DNA of 64,000 bases from an uncultured Candidatus Saccharibacteria bacterium (GCA_964623775.1 CAZUVH010000002.1:110454-174453); one strand, 5' to 3'. Positions 38,682-48,905 are shown, numbered from the stretch's first letter. Notes: generated by a model from the letters alone, not told the origin. A program made the numbers and translations.

Positions 38682-39440
38682 ATGTCGAACACGACACTGC
38701 AACCGCCGCTCAAGTGGGACGCCCCCCTTGAAGCACACTCGCTTTGGTACAAGTACAAGACGGCCGTCTGGGGTCGCGAGACCCCGACTTCAGCGACCAT
38801 TCATAACACCATGCGGGTACTGAGAAGTATCCGTAATACTGGCCCGCTCGCGTACATCAGCGTTCCAATCACATCGGGCCAAAAATACTACGAACTGAAG
38901 CAGGTGGATCCCAACATGGATCCGAAGGAATTCATGACCGCCGTTATGCGCGCCAATTATCATATTGGCTGGGAACAGGTCGAAAAGGTGCAGGAGCGAA
39001 GGAAATGTAGCGTGCTCTACCCCGCCGATCTCATCCCCGCTCGTCAGAAATGGCAGCAGGAGGAATTCCAAGCGCTCTGGCTCAACATAATCGCGGAGAT
39101 GTGCACTGAAGTACACATGTGCCGCGGATGGAATCTGAGCAACGGTGGCATCGAAGAGCTTATTCACTCATTCCAACTTCAACTCGGTGTCCCCAAGACA
39201 ACGGCGAACTGTATTTTCTTCAATACAAAAGGTAACGAGTCGCAGGAGCGTGATCGAATGCGACGTATTGCAATCTTCGATCATGAAGGTCGGCCCGTCA
39301 CCATGGATAATGCGGCGCGAGAGATCGAAAAAGCCATCAACTGGCTTCGTAACAATCACTTTCCGACCGAACATCATACCAATTGTCTTGCGATCCTTTT
39401 GTGGACGCAGGATATGGTCAAAAAAGGATTCTATCAGTAA
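38682..39440 (+). CDS. DUF4406 / nucleoside-deoxyribosyltransferase-like fold protein
   Basis: AYISVPITSG ... C..V.M..GW..S.GG..E pattern; GAGGAG SD; terminator 39451-39479. Confidence 0.6.
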   Translation: MSNTTLQPPLKWDAPLEAHSLWYKYKTAVWGRETPTSATIHNTMRVLRSIRNTGPLAYISVPITSGQKYYELKQVDPNMDPKEFMTAVMRANYHIGWEQVEKVQERRKCSVLYPADLIPARQKWQQEEFQALWLNIIAEMCTEVHMCRGWNLSNGGIEELIHSFQLQLGVPKTTANCIFFNTKGNESQERDRMRRIAIFDHEGRPVTMDNAAREIEKAINWLRNNHFPTEHHTNCLAILLWTQDMVKKGFYQ

Positions 39441-39672
39441 GCATCACAAAGCCCCGGACAAAAGTCCGGGGATTTTTTTATACGGTGCCGCCTTCATCAT
39501 GCAACAGCAATGGGATGTCACAGGATCAGTGTGTTTTTGAGCATCATGATTTTTTAATGATTCAGCTCCACTTCACCGCCGTTTGTATATTGTCCCGCTC
39601 AATAGGTCGATAACAAATGATTATCAATCCCTCTTTATAAGCATATATAAAGCGTAATTCTTAAATAAATCC

Positions 39673-40743
39673 ATGAACACACTTAGAAAACTTGCATCGC
39701 TCTCTACTATCGGGGGCATGCTCTTGATCGGATCTCCGGCACTCGCGGATTCGACATACACGGTTACAAATGCAAATTCTGCCACTGTAACGAATTCGAT
39801 TTCTCTCTCAGCCAACACGGGCGGTAATTCTTCGATCGGCGGCGACGCCGGATACGGAGGCGGGGGCGGCTCTGTCACGACGTCTACTACTGACGACGAC
39901 ATGGCTGCTGCGGGCGGAAACGGGGGCAATGGAGGCAATGGAGGCGACGGCGGCTCTATCGAGACCGGCAGCGCCAACATCGAACTCGCATTGGTCAACG
40001 ACGTCAACAGCACTGAAACAACCATTGAAGACAACAGTGCAGAAGATCAGTACGACGTAACGCTCGACTACACACGCGAGACCGGCTCGTCTTCAAGCGA
40101 AGAGGGCGTCTCGATGACTCACGACGATGAGCAGAGCAGCTCATCCAACTCGGAAGAGCAGCAAAGCTCGTCATCTGATTCGGAATCGAGCTCGTTCAAC
40201 CAGCAATCAGCAAGCTTCGGCGAAGCATCTGCCGAGGATGGCGATTCGGGCGACAGCTCATGGAGCCAGTCGGTCGAAGACTTCGAAGAGACTTCTGCAA
40301 GCAACGAGAACCACGAGCAGCAGCAAAGCTCGAGCGCGAGCAACGATCAGCAAAGCTCGGAAGAGCATTCGTCTCTCGATGCGTGGGACAACGATGAGGA
40401 GGAGCATGACAACGTCAGTCTCCACTACACGAGGACCTACGCTGGCGGCAACACGACCGTAGCGGTGGTCAACGCAAGCTCGAACGCAGTCGTCAACGCA
40501 GCATCGATCGAGGCAGAGACGGGCAGCAACCACTCCGGCGGCGGAGCGGGCAATAACGGCGGCGAAGGCGGCGACGTCACCATGGCGATCTCCGGCTACA
40601 GCAACAACTCCGGCACCGGAGGCAATGGAGGCGACGGTGGCGAAGGTGGTATGGGCGGCGACGTCATGACGGGTTCTTCGAACCTCTCTGGCGGCATCGT
40701 CAATGTTGTCGGACGCGTGATTACACGCATCATCCGCAACTAG
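39673..40743 (+). CDS. Secreted Gly/Ser/Asn-rich repeat protein (putative fibre subunit)
   Basis: Signal peptide; two A.TG.N...GG(N/D)GG...TG modules flanking an acidic Q/S/E-rich core. Confidence 0.85.
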   Translation: MNTLRKLASLSTIGGMLLIGSPALADSTYTVTNANSATVTNSISLSANTGGNSSIGGDAGYGGGGGSVTTSTTDDDMAAAGGNGGNGGNGGDGGSIETGSANIELALVNDVNSTETTIEDNSAEDQYDVTLDYTRETGSSSSEEGVSMTHDDEQSSSSNSEEQQSSSSDSESSSFNQQSASFGEASAEDGDSGDSSWSQSVEDFEETSASNENHEQQQSSSASNDQQSSEEHSSLDAWDNDEEEHDNVSLHYTRTYAGGNTTVAVVNASSNAVVNAASIEAETGSNHSGGGAGNNGGEGGDVTMAISGYSNNSGTGGNGGDGGEGGMGGDVMTGSSNLSGGIVNVVGRVITRIIRN

Positions 40744-40878
40744 TTTTGTTCTTTGCTCGCGGCGTTCCTACAAACGCACGGGCTTCGAAAACAGGGATCC
40801 ATCCTGTTTTCGAACGAGCCCTCCCAAGCTGAGGTTTCGTCCGAAAACGGGATTGCTTAGAAGCTAATAAAGAAACGT

Positions 40879-43563
40879 ATGTCATCACAAACGTACAAAG
40901 CAGTGACTTCCTTAATCCTCCTCGCGAGCCTCTGGTCGCAGCTCGTTGTATTCCCTTTCGTGTATGCCGACGAAGTGCCTGTCGATACTCCCCAATCGAC
41001 AACTGCCCCTGAGGAGCCCGCATCTCCCTCCGTCACCTCAGAAAGCGGGGGTGAATCGTCGGAGAGTGCGACAAATACGCAAACGCATGAAGAGCAATCA
41101 TCCTCGAGCTCAGAGGCCAGCGAGTCCAACACTTCATCGTCACACTCCGTAGAAGCAACCATTTCGGAAAGTGAGGAGCACGACAACACAGATGTCCACG
41201 CGACCATTACTGGTGCGCTCGACATGGGAGAAACGGGATCTTCCACCGGGACTTTGGTAGACGACTTCCTTTCGGATATTCCTCTGTCGTCATCGACCGT
41301 TATGGAATCAATTTCGGACATCGCGAGCACGACTGTAAACGGTTTTCTCGGACTTGATTTTGTTTCCGGCTCGAGCTCGGCGACGACCTCGGGAGAGACC
41401 GAAAACGCATCTTCGACCTCGGGGACAGGTTCTGGATCTGGTAATCCTCCGGCGAGCTGCCCGGCATCGAGTGGCCCCTCCACGTCGACGAGCACGACTC
41501 CACAGATCTCAAATCCGACCATCCGCTCAGGTTCTGCGACCGTCCTCGCCAACGTCCTCAACCTCCTCAACACGACCTTTATCAATTCACCTGGCGGCAT
41601 TCTCTTTTCCAACTTTACCGACACCGCACCGACCATCGATTTGCGCGACGCATCGCTCCTCACCAGCTGCGATGAATCTATCTGCAACGGACAAGAGGGA
41701 TTGGAGGTCAATATCGTGGGAGACGCAACGATCGACAATGATCTCATACTCGACGCATCGAGCGGTCGCAATCTTGTCTCGGAGGGAGGCGCGGCGACGA
41801 GCAGCATCGAGACGGGCGACGCGATCGCGGGCTTGAATCTCGTCAACATAGCCAATACGACCTTCATTAATTCGCAGTACCTGATCGTCACACTGAACGC
41901 ATTCAGCGGGGTAAATGGCGACATCGTGTTTCCGAGTCTTCTCAATTTCTTTGCCTCAGGCGGCGACTCGTCACTCGCGAGCGGGTCAACGATCTCGAAT
42001 GCCGCGACGGTCCACAATGACGTCGCCGCTGCAGCCGACTCCGGGAGCAACACGACAGACGGCAGTGATATGTCGGTCATCTCGACCGGCACAGCCGATG
42101 CGCACACCAACGTCTTCAACCAAATCAATTCCATCCTGCCCGATAGTCAGATCTCAATCCTTTTCAGAATTTCAGGCACATGGAATGGCCAGATATTCGG
42201 CATGCCTTCCAACGTCTCCCAAGTACGCGGACCAGATGGGAGCGTCTATATCTTCGGCAATCCTGAAGAACAGGGGCACATCGACACACCCACTCCCCTT
42301 TTGAACAGCACGACGACAGCAGAGATCAACAACAACGTACTTCTTGACGCGCTCTCCGGCCAAAACGCGATCGAGAACGCCTCAACATCAGTGATTTCCA
42401 CAGGCAACGCAATCGCTTCGGCAAATATCGTCAACATCGCGAATCAAAACGTAATCGGTCGCAATTGGATTCTCGCCATCATCGACATTTTTGGCGATTT
42501 CACCGGCAATATCGCATTCGGCCGCCCTGATCTATGGGTCGGCGATCAAGTGGAGGCACCCGGTTTCGTACAAAACGGCAGCACGCTTACCTACAAAATC
42601 ACCGTCATCAACAACGGCGACTCTCCTGCAAACAACGTCATCGTGAGAGAATCCCCCGCACTTTCTCATCTCGATATTCTCGGCATGTCTCTCCCACAAG
42701 ATCCCTGTGTCACCGACGGAATCGCCTGGAATCTCGGGACACTGCTACCAGGAAATGCGGTCGAAATTACCTATACGGCAAAGGTAAAAAATACATCTCC
42801 AGGCGACCGTATCACCAACTCAACGACGGCGGCAGCGACGGAAACTGACAATAATACGGAAGACAATACCGATGGGACGACTGTGACCGCCACGGTGGTC
42901 GTGAGCGGTGGAGGTGGTGGCGGAGGTTCATGCTGCACCAACGCAGGCTCCGCATCATCAGGAGGCGGTATAATCTCGACCTCGACGCTCATGGTGGAGC
43001 GCCTTACAGCCAACATGACGCTTGAGGGGACGACGACAGCCTCGCAGCGCATTGTCGTCAAAAACACATCAAACTCCCCGATCAACAATGTTGTTTTCCA
43101 CGATTACCTACGTGATCCAACCACTCATCTCGTCCACGAGGAGCGATGGAATCTCGACACAATCGCGGCACACGAGGAAGTTACGATCCAGTATTCAATC
43201 GTGTTTGAGCCGGGGGCGATGAGCGGCACATATCGATTGAGTACGGTACTTGAAGGCAAAAATTACCCGACGACAATAGCGGGTAACGGAACCATAGTAC
43301 TCAAGGCGACACCGCAATTGCTCGCCGTCAGCGCAACGGAGATCCCGAGCGTGCGCGTCATTAATAGAGGCGCCGTACAAGACGGACCTATCCTCGTGAA
43401 AGCCACGAGCACGCTCCCGAAAATACCTCAGACTGCCGCCGTCGCCGCAGCGGATTCAGGAATAAGTATGAAATTCGTATATCTCATACTCTTCCTCCTG
43501 CTCTTTGCGGCAAGTTATGGAGCGTTGCGCGTACTCAATCCGGAGAAGGAGTCGGGCCGATAA
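40879..43563 (+). CDS. Large surface protein with A.SG.N/I.TG.A repeats, a DUF11 Ig domain and a C-terminal TM anchor
   Basis: Signal peptide, repeats, G.TLTYKITVINNG...W.LGTL.PG (DUF11), then PQTAA, TM and a charged tail. Confidence 0.88.
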   Translation: MSSQTYKAVTSLILLASLWSQLVVFPFVYADEVPVDTPQSTTAPEEPASPSVTSESGGESSESATNTQTHEEQSSSSSEASESNTSSSHSVEATISESEEHDNTDVHATITGALDMGETGSSTGTLVDDFLSDIPLSSSTVMESISDIASTTVNGFLGLDFVSGSSSATTSGETENASSTSGTGSGSGNPPASCPASSGPSTSTSTTPQISNPTIRSGSATVLANVLNLLNTTFINSPGGILFSNFTDTAPTIDLRDASLLTSCDESICNGQEGLEVNIVGDATIDNDLILDASSGRNLVSEGGAATSSIETGDAIAGLNLVNIANTTFINSQYLIVTLNAFSGVNGDIVFPSLLNFFASGGDSSLASGSTISNAATVHNDVAAAADSGSNTTDGSDMSVISTGTADAHTNVFNQINSILPDSQISILFRISGTWNGQIFGMPSNVSQVRGPDGSVYIFGNPEEQGHIDTPTPLLNSTTTAEINNNVLLDALSGQNAIENASTSVISTGNAIASANIVNIANQNVIGRNWILAIIDIFGDFTGNIAFGRPDLWVGDQVEAPGFVQNGSTLTYKITVINNGDSPANNVIVRESPALSHLDILGMSLPQDPCVTDGIAWNLGTLLPGNAVEITYTAKVKNTSPGDRITNSTTAAATETDNNTEDNTDGTTVTATVVVSGGGGGGGSCCTNAGSASSGGGIISTSTLMVERLTANMTLEGTTTASQRIVVKNTSNSPINNVVFHDYLRDPTTHLVHEERWNLDTIAAHEEVTIQYSIVFEPGAMSGTYRLSTVLEGKNYPTTIAGNGTIVLKATPQLLAVSATEIPSVRVINRGAVQDGPILVKATSTLPKIPQTAAVAAADSGISMKFVYLILFLLLFAASYGALRVLNPEKESGR

Positions 43564-43573
43564 TCATCGGAGT

Positions 43574-44212
43574 CTATCGCGTCTTAAGGACGCCTGAGAC
43601 GACTTGAAATGATTTTTGTCGCTGCACCGTCGGCTTGGCACTCGTCGGCTCACCGGGATTGCGATCAAGATATACCATGGAAATATCGCCTGTGCCGATT
43701 CCGACATTGATCGGTTCGATGTTCTCGCCGATCAAGATAGCATTGGTGATGCGATATCCGTTGTTGTTCTTGATTGCAGCGACGAGATAAAAGAATGGGC
43801 TACTTTCGGGAGTCTGTTTGATGACGAGCGCAACGTCGTAAATCTTATCGTTATTTAGATCTCCGGTAGCCTCAAATGCAGGCAATATCTCGGTCTTGCC
43901 GCTTGCAGACTTACCCGTAGTGAGTGAGACCGAATTTCCTCCGAGTACGTATGTCGCATTCCTGTAATCCTTGAAGGTCGTCCCCGTGGCAGGCTTGGGG
44001 GCGGGTGGAGGCGGAGGAGTCGTCTTTTGTACCGTCGGCTGCGCCTTTGGCGTGGCGCTGTTGAGGTCATTCAATATCACCTGAGGATCTGTGTCACTAC
44101 TTTGCTGCGCATTCTCAGGCGCTTTTGTGCTACCGACCCACATAATGCCCAATACAACGACGACTGCGGCGATACCGATCTCAATTGTCCTGCGATTAAT
44201 GGTGATTTGCAT
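43574..44212 (-). CDS. Membrane-anchored exported protein
   Basis: N-terminal TM, Pro-rich linker, DY.NATY, GDLNND..D. Confidence 0.8.
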   Translation of the reverse strand: MQITINRRTIEIGIAAVVVVLGIMWVGSTKAPENAQQSSDTDPQVILNDLNSATPKAQPTVQKTTPPPPPAPKPATGTTFKDYRNATYVLGGNSVSLTTGKSASGKTEILPAFEATGDLNNDKIYDVALVIKQTPESSPFFYLVAAIKNNNGYRITNAILIGENIEPINVGIGTGDISMVYLDRNPGEPTSAKPTVQRQKSFQVVSGVLKTR

Positions 44213-44412
44213 ATACTTTCATAGTACCTAAGTTCATGAAGTTGACTATACACCTCGGTGGAAAATGAAGATGTGTATAGACAGACTCGCGAATGTAAAT
44301 ACGATGAAAGAGCATGTGGAAGTTTGTGTGCGTTGTGCTCGCCCCGTCAGTAGAAAATAGCATTGCGAAGCGAGTCGTTGCAGGTGGGTCCGACATCTAC
44401 ATCAAGTAGCAA

Positions 44413-45150
44413 ATGTTTGATTCATCTTCAAAATCTAAAGGCTTCGCAAAAGCAACGATGCTATTTTTCACTGTGGGGCTCGTCGGGATCTCGCTTGCAA
44501 TCGTGATCCCAGGAGTTATCGGGGGCGAAACTCTTCGCAGTAGTGCGGAGGCGTCCTCCCCCGTCCCCCGGTCGGTTTTTGCCGACAACTATATCTCGGT
44601 CTCGTCACCCGACGAACCCTTGCCGCCGAATACGGCGAACGACACAAATCCTGAAAGTGAGGTGGCGTCAGTACCCCTGGACCTCACCCTCGCCAAAATG
44701 CCTGTACGCGAGGACTCATATCCGATGCGCGTCATTATTCCTTCAATTAATCTCAACGACCCGATCGAGCCGATGGGTTTAAACAACCTAGGCGAGCTCG
44801 ATGTACCGGATGGCAAGACAAGTAACATCGGCTGGTGGAAAGATGGCCCCGTCCCTGGAGAAATCGGTAGTGCCGTTTTCGACGCGCACGTCTATGCCGC
44901 TTTTAAAAATCTAAAATACGTAAAGGTGGGCGACGATATACACGTACAGACTGCGGATGGAAGAACATTGCAATTTGTCGTGACAGATACCCGCGTATTC
45001 TCACTTGCCGAGATCACAAGTGAAATCCTCTTTGGCGATCACGGGGAAAGACGACTCAACCTCGTCACGTGCGCGGGCACATTCATGCGCGATCGCGGCA
45101 CGTACGATCACCGTCTCGTGGTCTTTGCAAAGCTCGTCAGTGACGAGTAG
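44413..45150 (+). CDS. Class F sortase
   Basis: IPSI, GW...GP.PG..GSAV..AH, F..L..V.VGD, L.LVTC.G, DHR: the His-Cys-Arg triad is intact. Confidence 0.92.
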   Translation: MFDSSSKSKGFAKATMLFFTVGLVGISLAIVIPGVIGGETLRSSAEASSPVPRSVFADNYISVSSPDEPLPPNTANDTNPESEVASVPLDLTLAKMPVREDSYPMRVIIPSINLNDPIEPMGLNNLGELDVPDGKTSNIGWWKDGPVPGEIGSAVFDAHVYAAFKNLKYVKVGDDIHVQTADGRTLQFVVTDTRVFSLAEITSEILFGDHGERRLNLVTCAGTFMRDRGTYDHRLVVFAKLVSDE

Positions 45151-45543
45151 TTATTTTGCCGGCTCCTCAAACTGCGCGCTGATTTTCTTAAGGACGTTTT
45201 CCATCGTGGTGTCACCTTTAACGATATAGTGGAACGTATTTTGGCGCATGGCTTCGTCGATACTCTCGACATCAGAGACATTCGTCAGGATCATCACCTT
45301 CACATTGGCGCCCCAGGAGTCTTTGCGCAGTTCAGCGATCATATCGAGACCGGACATCTCGGGCATGCGCAAATCGGCGAGGATGAGATCAGGGTGTTCG
45401 GCAAGCGCCATGCGCAAACCGTCTTTGCCATTGGTGGCTTTTGAGATGATATATCCTTCGTGTGCAAGCTTGTCGCCAAGTGCGAGCGCGGTCGGTAACT
45501 CGTCTTCAACGATAAGTATTTTTTTCTTTGAATTGGTATCCAT
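45151..45543 (-). CDS. Single-domain response regulator
   Basis: ILIVEDE, PDLILADLRMP.MSG, ILTN, YIVK. Confidence 0.93.
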   Translation of the reverse strand: MDTNSKKKILIVEDELPTALALGDKLAHEGYIISKATNGKDGLRMALAEHPDLILADLRMPEMSGLDMIAELRKDSWGANVKVMILTNVSDVESIDEAMRQNTFHYIVKGDTTMENVLKKISAQFEEPAK

Positions 45544-45592
45544 GTACGCGAAAAGTAATAAATTATTAAAAATCGTCTATCAACTATACCAC

Positions 45593-46837
45593 CTAGCCCG
45601 ACTTCGCCCACGCATTGGGGAGCGTCACGTAGAAGGTCGTCCCCTTACCCTCCGTCGATTCGAAACTAATGCCTCCGTGCACTTTCTCGATGATCGTCTT
45701 GATGACATAGAGCCCGAGGCCCGTGCCATCGACGACTGTCTTTTGTGCGTTGTCTGCGCGATAGAGCTTCTCGAAAATATGCTCACGTGCCGCTTTTGGA
45801 ATACCGATACCGGAGTCGGCGACGCGGATGAAGGTCTTGCCGTCGTCGCGGCCGTGGGATATCTCGAGCTCGACCGCACCGCCAGGAAGCGTGTATTTGA
45901 TCGCGTTGGTGAGGAGATTTTGGAAAATCATGCGCAGCAGATTTTTGTCGACCCTGACGCGCGGCAATCCGGCTTCGTACGTCTCTTTGATGGTGATGTT
46001 GCGTTCACGCGCAGAGTGACGCAGGCCGTCCACCATGCCTTTCCCGAATTCGATAATATCGAGATCCTCTGGCCGTACATCGAGCACATTGAGTTCGATG
46101 CGGGAAACGTTCAAAAGATCGTTTACGATCGCGATCATTTGCCTATTAGTCTCGTGGATACTGTTGACGTAGGTCTGTTGCTCTGGAGTAAGTGTGCCCT
46201 TGTCTCCCGAGAGTAGACCCTCGGCAAGCCACCCCACCGCAGTGAGCGGCGTCTTCAATTGGTGCGATGCGAGCGAGACGAATTCGGTCTTCGCACGATC
46301 GACTTCCATCTCCTTGGTGACGTCGTGCGCGATGCCTTGGATTTTTTGGGGCTTCTTGTCCGGCCCGAGTACCGTCGCGCCCTGGATGCGCAGATAACGT
46401 ACCTGACCAGAAGGAAGAGTCACGCGAAACGCGGGTATAGAGAAATCACCCGGCTGCGTCTGTGCCTTCTGCCAAAATTCGGTCACCATCGACCGGTCCT
46501 TTTCGTGCGTCATCGCGATAACCCTTTCGATCGTTGGTGCGTTTTGTTTGGGCACCAATCCGAAAAGGATGAACATCTCTTCAGACCAAAAGGAAAATCC
46601 GTTTTGAAAATCCCAGGTGAAGCTCCCGAATTGGCCGAATTTTTCGGCCTCGTTCAGCTTTGCAGTCACGGTATTGAAGCCTGTCATCAAACGATCGAAG
46701 CGACGTGTGGCACGCCAGCTTCCTGTCAGAAAGAATAGAAATGCAACAATCGCCAGAAGTCCACTAACGAGGAGTATGAAGTGTGGATCTACTTTCAATG
46801 CGTATACGATGTTTTGCACGAGCGTGCCGATATTCAT
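45593..46837 (-). CDS. PAS-domain sensor histidine kinase
   Basis: TM, PAS_3, H-box ASHQLKTPLT, NLLTNAIKYT, DSGIGIP, GTGLGL. Confidence 0.94.
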   Translation of the reverse strand: MNIGTLVQNIVYALKVDPHFILLVSGLLAIVAFLFFLTGSWRATRRFDRLMTGFNTVTAKLNEAEKFGQFGSFTWDFQNGFSFWSEEMFILFGLVPKQNAPTIERVIAMTHEKDRSMVTEFWQKAQTQPGDFSIPAFRVTLPSGQVRYLRIQGATVLGPDKKPQKIQGIAHDVTKEMEVDRAKTEFVSLASHQLKTPLTAVGWLAEGLLSGDKGTLTPEQQTYVNSIHETNRQMIAIVNDLLNVSRIELNVLDVRPEDLDIIEFGKGMVDGLRHSARERNITIKETYEAGLPRVRVDKNLLRMIFQNLLTNAIKYTLPGGAVELEISHGRDDGKTFIRVADSGIGIPKAAREHIFEKLYRADNAQKTVVDGTGLGLYVIKTIIEKVHGGISFESTEGKGTTFYVTLPNAWAKSG

Positions 46838-46905
46838 GTACATATATTGTAACAGGGGCAAGCCGCATGAAAAGAAAACCCCGACAATAGTCGGGGTTTG
46901 ATACT

Positions 46906-47985
46906 TCAAAGAAACTTTTCTGGTTCTACGTAGGGCAAACCGAATGCATCGGCTACTCCACGATGGGTCACGTGTCCGTCGCAGATATTGAGACCTTTTC
47001 TCAGTGCCTCATCATCGATAAGAGCCCAATCACACCCCTTGTCCGCGATCGCGGTGATGTACGGAAGCGTCGCGTTCGTGAGCGCGCGCGTCGATGTACG
47101 CGGCACAGCGCCGGGCATATTTGTCACGCCATAGTGAATGATGCCATCCACCTCGTATACGGGATTTTCATGCGTCGTCGGACGAATGGTCTCGACGCAC
47201 CCGCCCTGATCGATCGCGATATCGACGATCACCGAACCTTTGCGCATGAGACCGAGGTCTCGTTTGCGAATGATTTTTGGCGCTTTCGCGCCCGGGACGA
47301 GCACGGCACCGATCAAGAGATCGGCATGAGCGATGTGTTCGAGAATCGTCTCACGAGTCGAGGGAACTGCGTTGAACCCCATATTCTTGATGTAACCAAG
47401 ACGAGAGGGCGATGTATCGAGGACGGTCACGTTGGCTCCGAGCTGCGCAGCAGCAGTCGCGGCACTTATGCCTGCAGTACCACCGCCAATAATGACGACT
47501 GATGCCTGCGGAACGTCCAGCATCCTGTTCAAAAGCAGATCGAGGTAATGAGCACCCTCGCGGATGGCAACATAACCCGCAACTTGCGACATCGGTGTGA
47601 GGAGCGGCAGCTCACCGCTTGCGAGCTGAACTGTTTCGTACGCAATGCATGTGGCGTCAGATTTGAGCATTGCTTCGGTCAGGGCGTAATCGGCTGCAAG
47701 ATGGAAATAGGTGAAGATCACCTGACGCTTTTGTATCCGACGCCACTCTTCATGGAGAGGTTCTTTAACCTTCACAATGAGTTCTGATTCCGCCCATACG
47801 TGCTGCGATGCACATGCATGAGCACCGGCATGGTCGTAGTCGGTATTTGAAAAGCCGCTTCCTTCTCCCGCTTCATACGCCACGAACACCTCGTGTCCTC
47901 TCGATACAAGTGCCGATGCGCCCGCAGGAGTAAGGGCGACGCGACGTTCGGAATTCTTGATTTCCTTGGGTACGCCTATGCGCAT
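46906..47985 (-). CDS. ald: Alanine dehydrogenase
   Basis: GVPKEIK..E.RVAL, VKVKEP, YFHLA, AYETV, DIAIDQGG, NMPGAVP.TST. Confidence 0.93.
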   Translation of the reverse strand: MRIGVPKEIKNSERRVALTPAGASALVSRGHEVFVAYEAGEGSGFSNTDYDHAGAHACASQHVWAESELIVKVKEPLHEEWRRIQKRQVIFTYFHLAADYALTEAMLKSDATCIAYETVQLASGELPLLTPMSQVAGYVAIREGAHYLDLLLNRMLDVPQASVVIIGGGTAGISAATAAAQLGANVTVLDTSPSRLGYIKNMGFNAVPSTRETILEHIAHADLLIGAVLVPGAKAPKIIRKRDLGLMRKGSVIVDIAIDQGGCVETIRPTTHENPVYEVDGIIHYGVTNMPGAVPRTSTRALTNATLPYITAIADKGCDWALIDDEALRKGLNICDGHVTHRGVADAFGLPYVEPEKFL

Positions 47986-48100
47986 TTTTCTATCCCTTCG
48001 TATTTCGATGAACTTTCTGTCGACACAATGTGTCTAACGGGACACTAAGTCAAGACATAAAAAAACAGCGCGGCCTTCGGCCGCGCTGTGTATTGATACA

Positions 48101-48499
48101 TTATGCAGCGTTCGCCGCATTCAGGTATGGTGCGAGCTGAGAGGAATTAATGACTTTCCTGCCAAGGAGCCCGCTCACGAGGCTGTGCAGCTCCGCATGC
48201 ACGCGTGCCACATCCTCCAAGCCAAGCCCGCCTGTATTTGAGTACAAGAGTGTCCCCCCAGTTCTCTCAAAATATTCGAGCCGATATCTTCCGTTAAGCG
48301 AAGACAGTATCCAATCACCCCTTTGACCGGGAATCATGTGTGAATGATAGTCCGTATCCTTGAAGATTCTCCGCTTGATCGCGAGACCGAGCACGATATC
48401 GGCGATCACTTTTATTTCTCGCTTCTTCCGATTGAACTCTTCGGATCCACGGATGAGCGTGGTGACGATGTCGGCGTTGCAACTTAGTTCCATTCCCAT
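48101..48499 (-). CDS. Hypothetical protein
   Basis: AGAGGAG SD (start 48499 or 48493); terminator ACAGCGCGGCC-ttc-GGCCGCGCTGT at about 48065-48089. Confidence 0.65.
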   Translation of the reverse strand: MGMELSCNADIVTTLIRGSEEFNRKKREIKVIADIVLGLAIKRRIFKDTDYHSHMIPGQRGDWILSSLNGRYRLEYFERTGGTLLYSNTGGLGLEDVARVHAELHSLVSGLLGRKVINSSQLAPYLNAANAA

Positions 48500-48637
48500 T
48501 CTCCTCTATCGAGGGCACGTGCATGCACGTGCGTTGATGGACATATCTGTCCAGGGTTCTTCCCAGAGAGATTCTACACAAATTTTCGCAAATTAAAAAC
48601 GGCGGTCCTTTTCGGACCGCCGTTTTCGAATTTGAAA

Positions 48638-48781
48638 TTATTTAACGAGGGACAGGCAGCGAAGGCAGGCACTCTGGCGCGCGCGAGTCTTGATGTATTT
48701 GTTGCCGCACTCGCAAATGACAACCTTGGGGGCGTTGGGATTATCGATCCACTTACCGTCTTTCATAAAGTTTTTGACCAT
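48638..48781 (-). CDS. Small zinc-ribbon protein, 47 aa (not in ORF track)
   Basis: MVKNFMKDGKWIDNPNAPKVVICECGNKYIKTRARQSACLRCLSLVK*; promoter upstream, terminator 48594-48626. Confidence 0.75.
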   Translation of the reverse strand: MVKNFMKDGKWIDNPNAPKVVICECGNKYIKTRARQSACLRCLSLVK

Positions 48782-48905
48782 ACCTGTTTTTTTGGCTTTA
48801 CTTAGCTAGATTATCACACTTTTCGACTTTCGTCAATGGGGCAAAAAGGTCGCCAGCAGCGCTGTGATAGAACAAAAAACCCGCCTTTTGGGCGGGCTAA
48901 TCTCT

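Noticed and set aside
40857-42134. Long antisense ORFs (also 45248-46216, 62416-63369, 11618-12523)
   Set aside because: They are shadows of well-supported genes on the opposite strand and have no motifs of their own
44246-44280. CTATACAC/GTGTATAG inverted repeat in the divergent promoter near the sortase
   Set aside because: Only 8 bp with a 19-bp gap, too weak to call
48029-48046. GTGTC-N6-GACAC upstream of ald as a second NrtR box
   Set aside because: GT-to-AC spacing is 8 rather than 7 and the flanks are not palindromic
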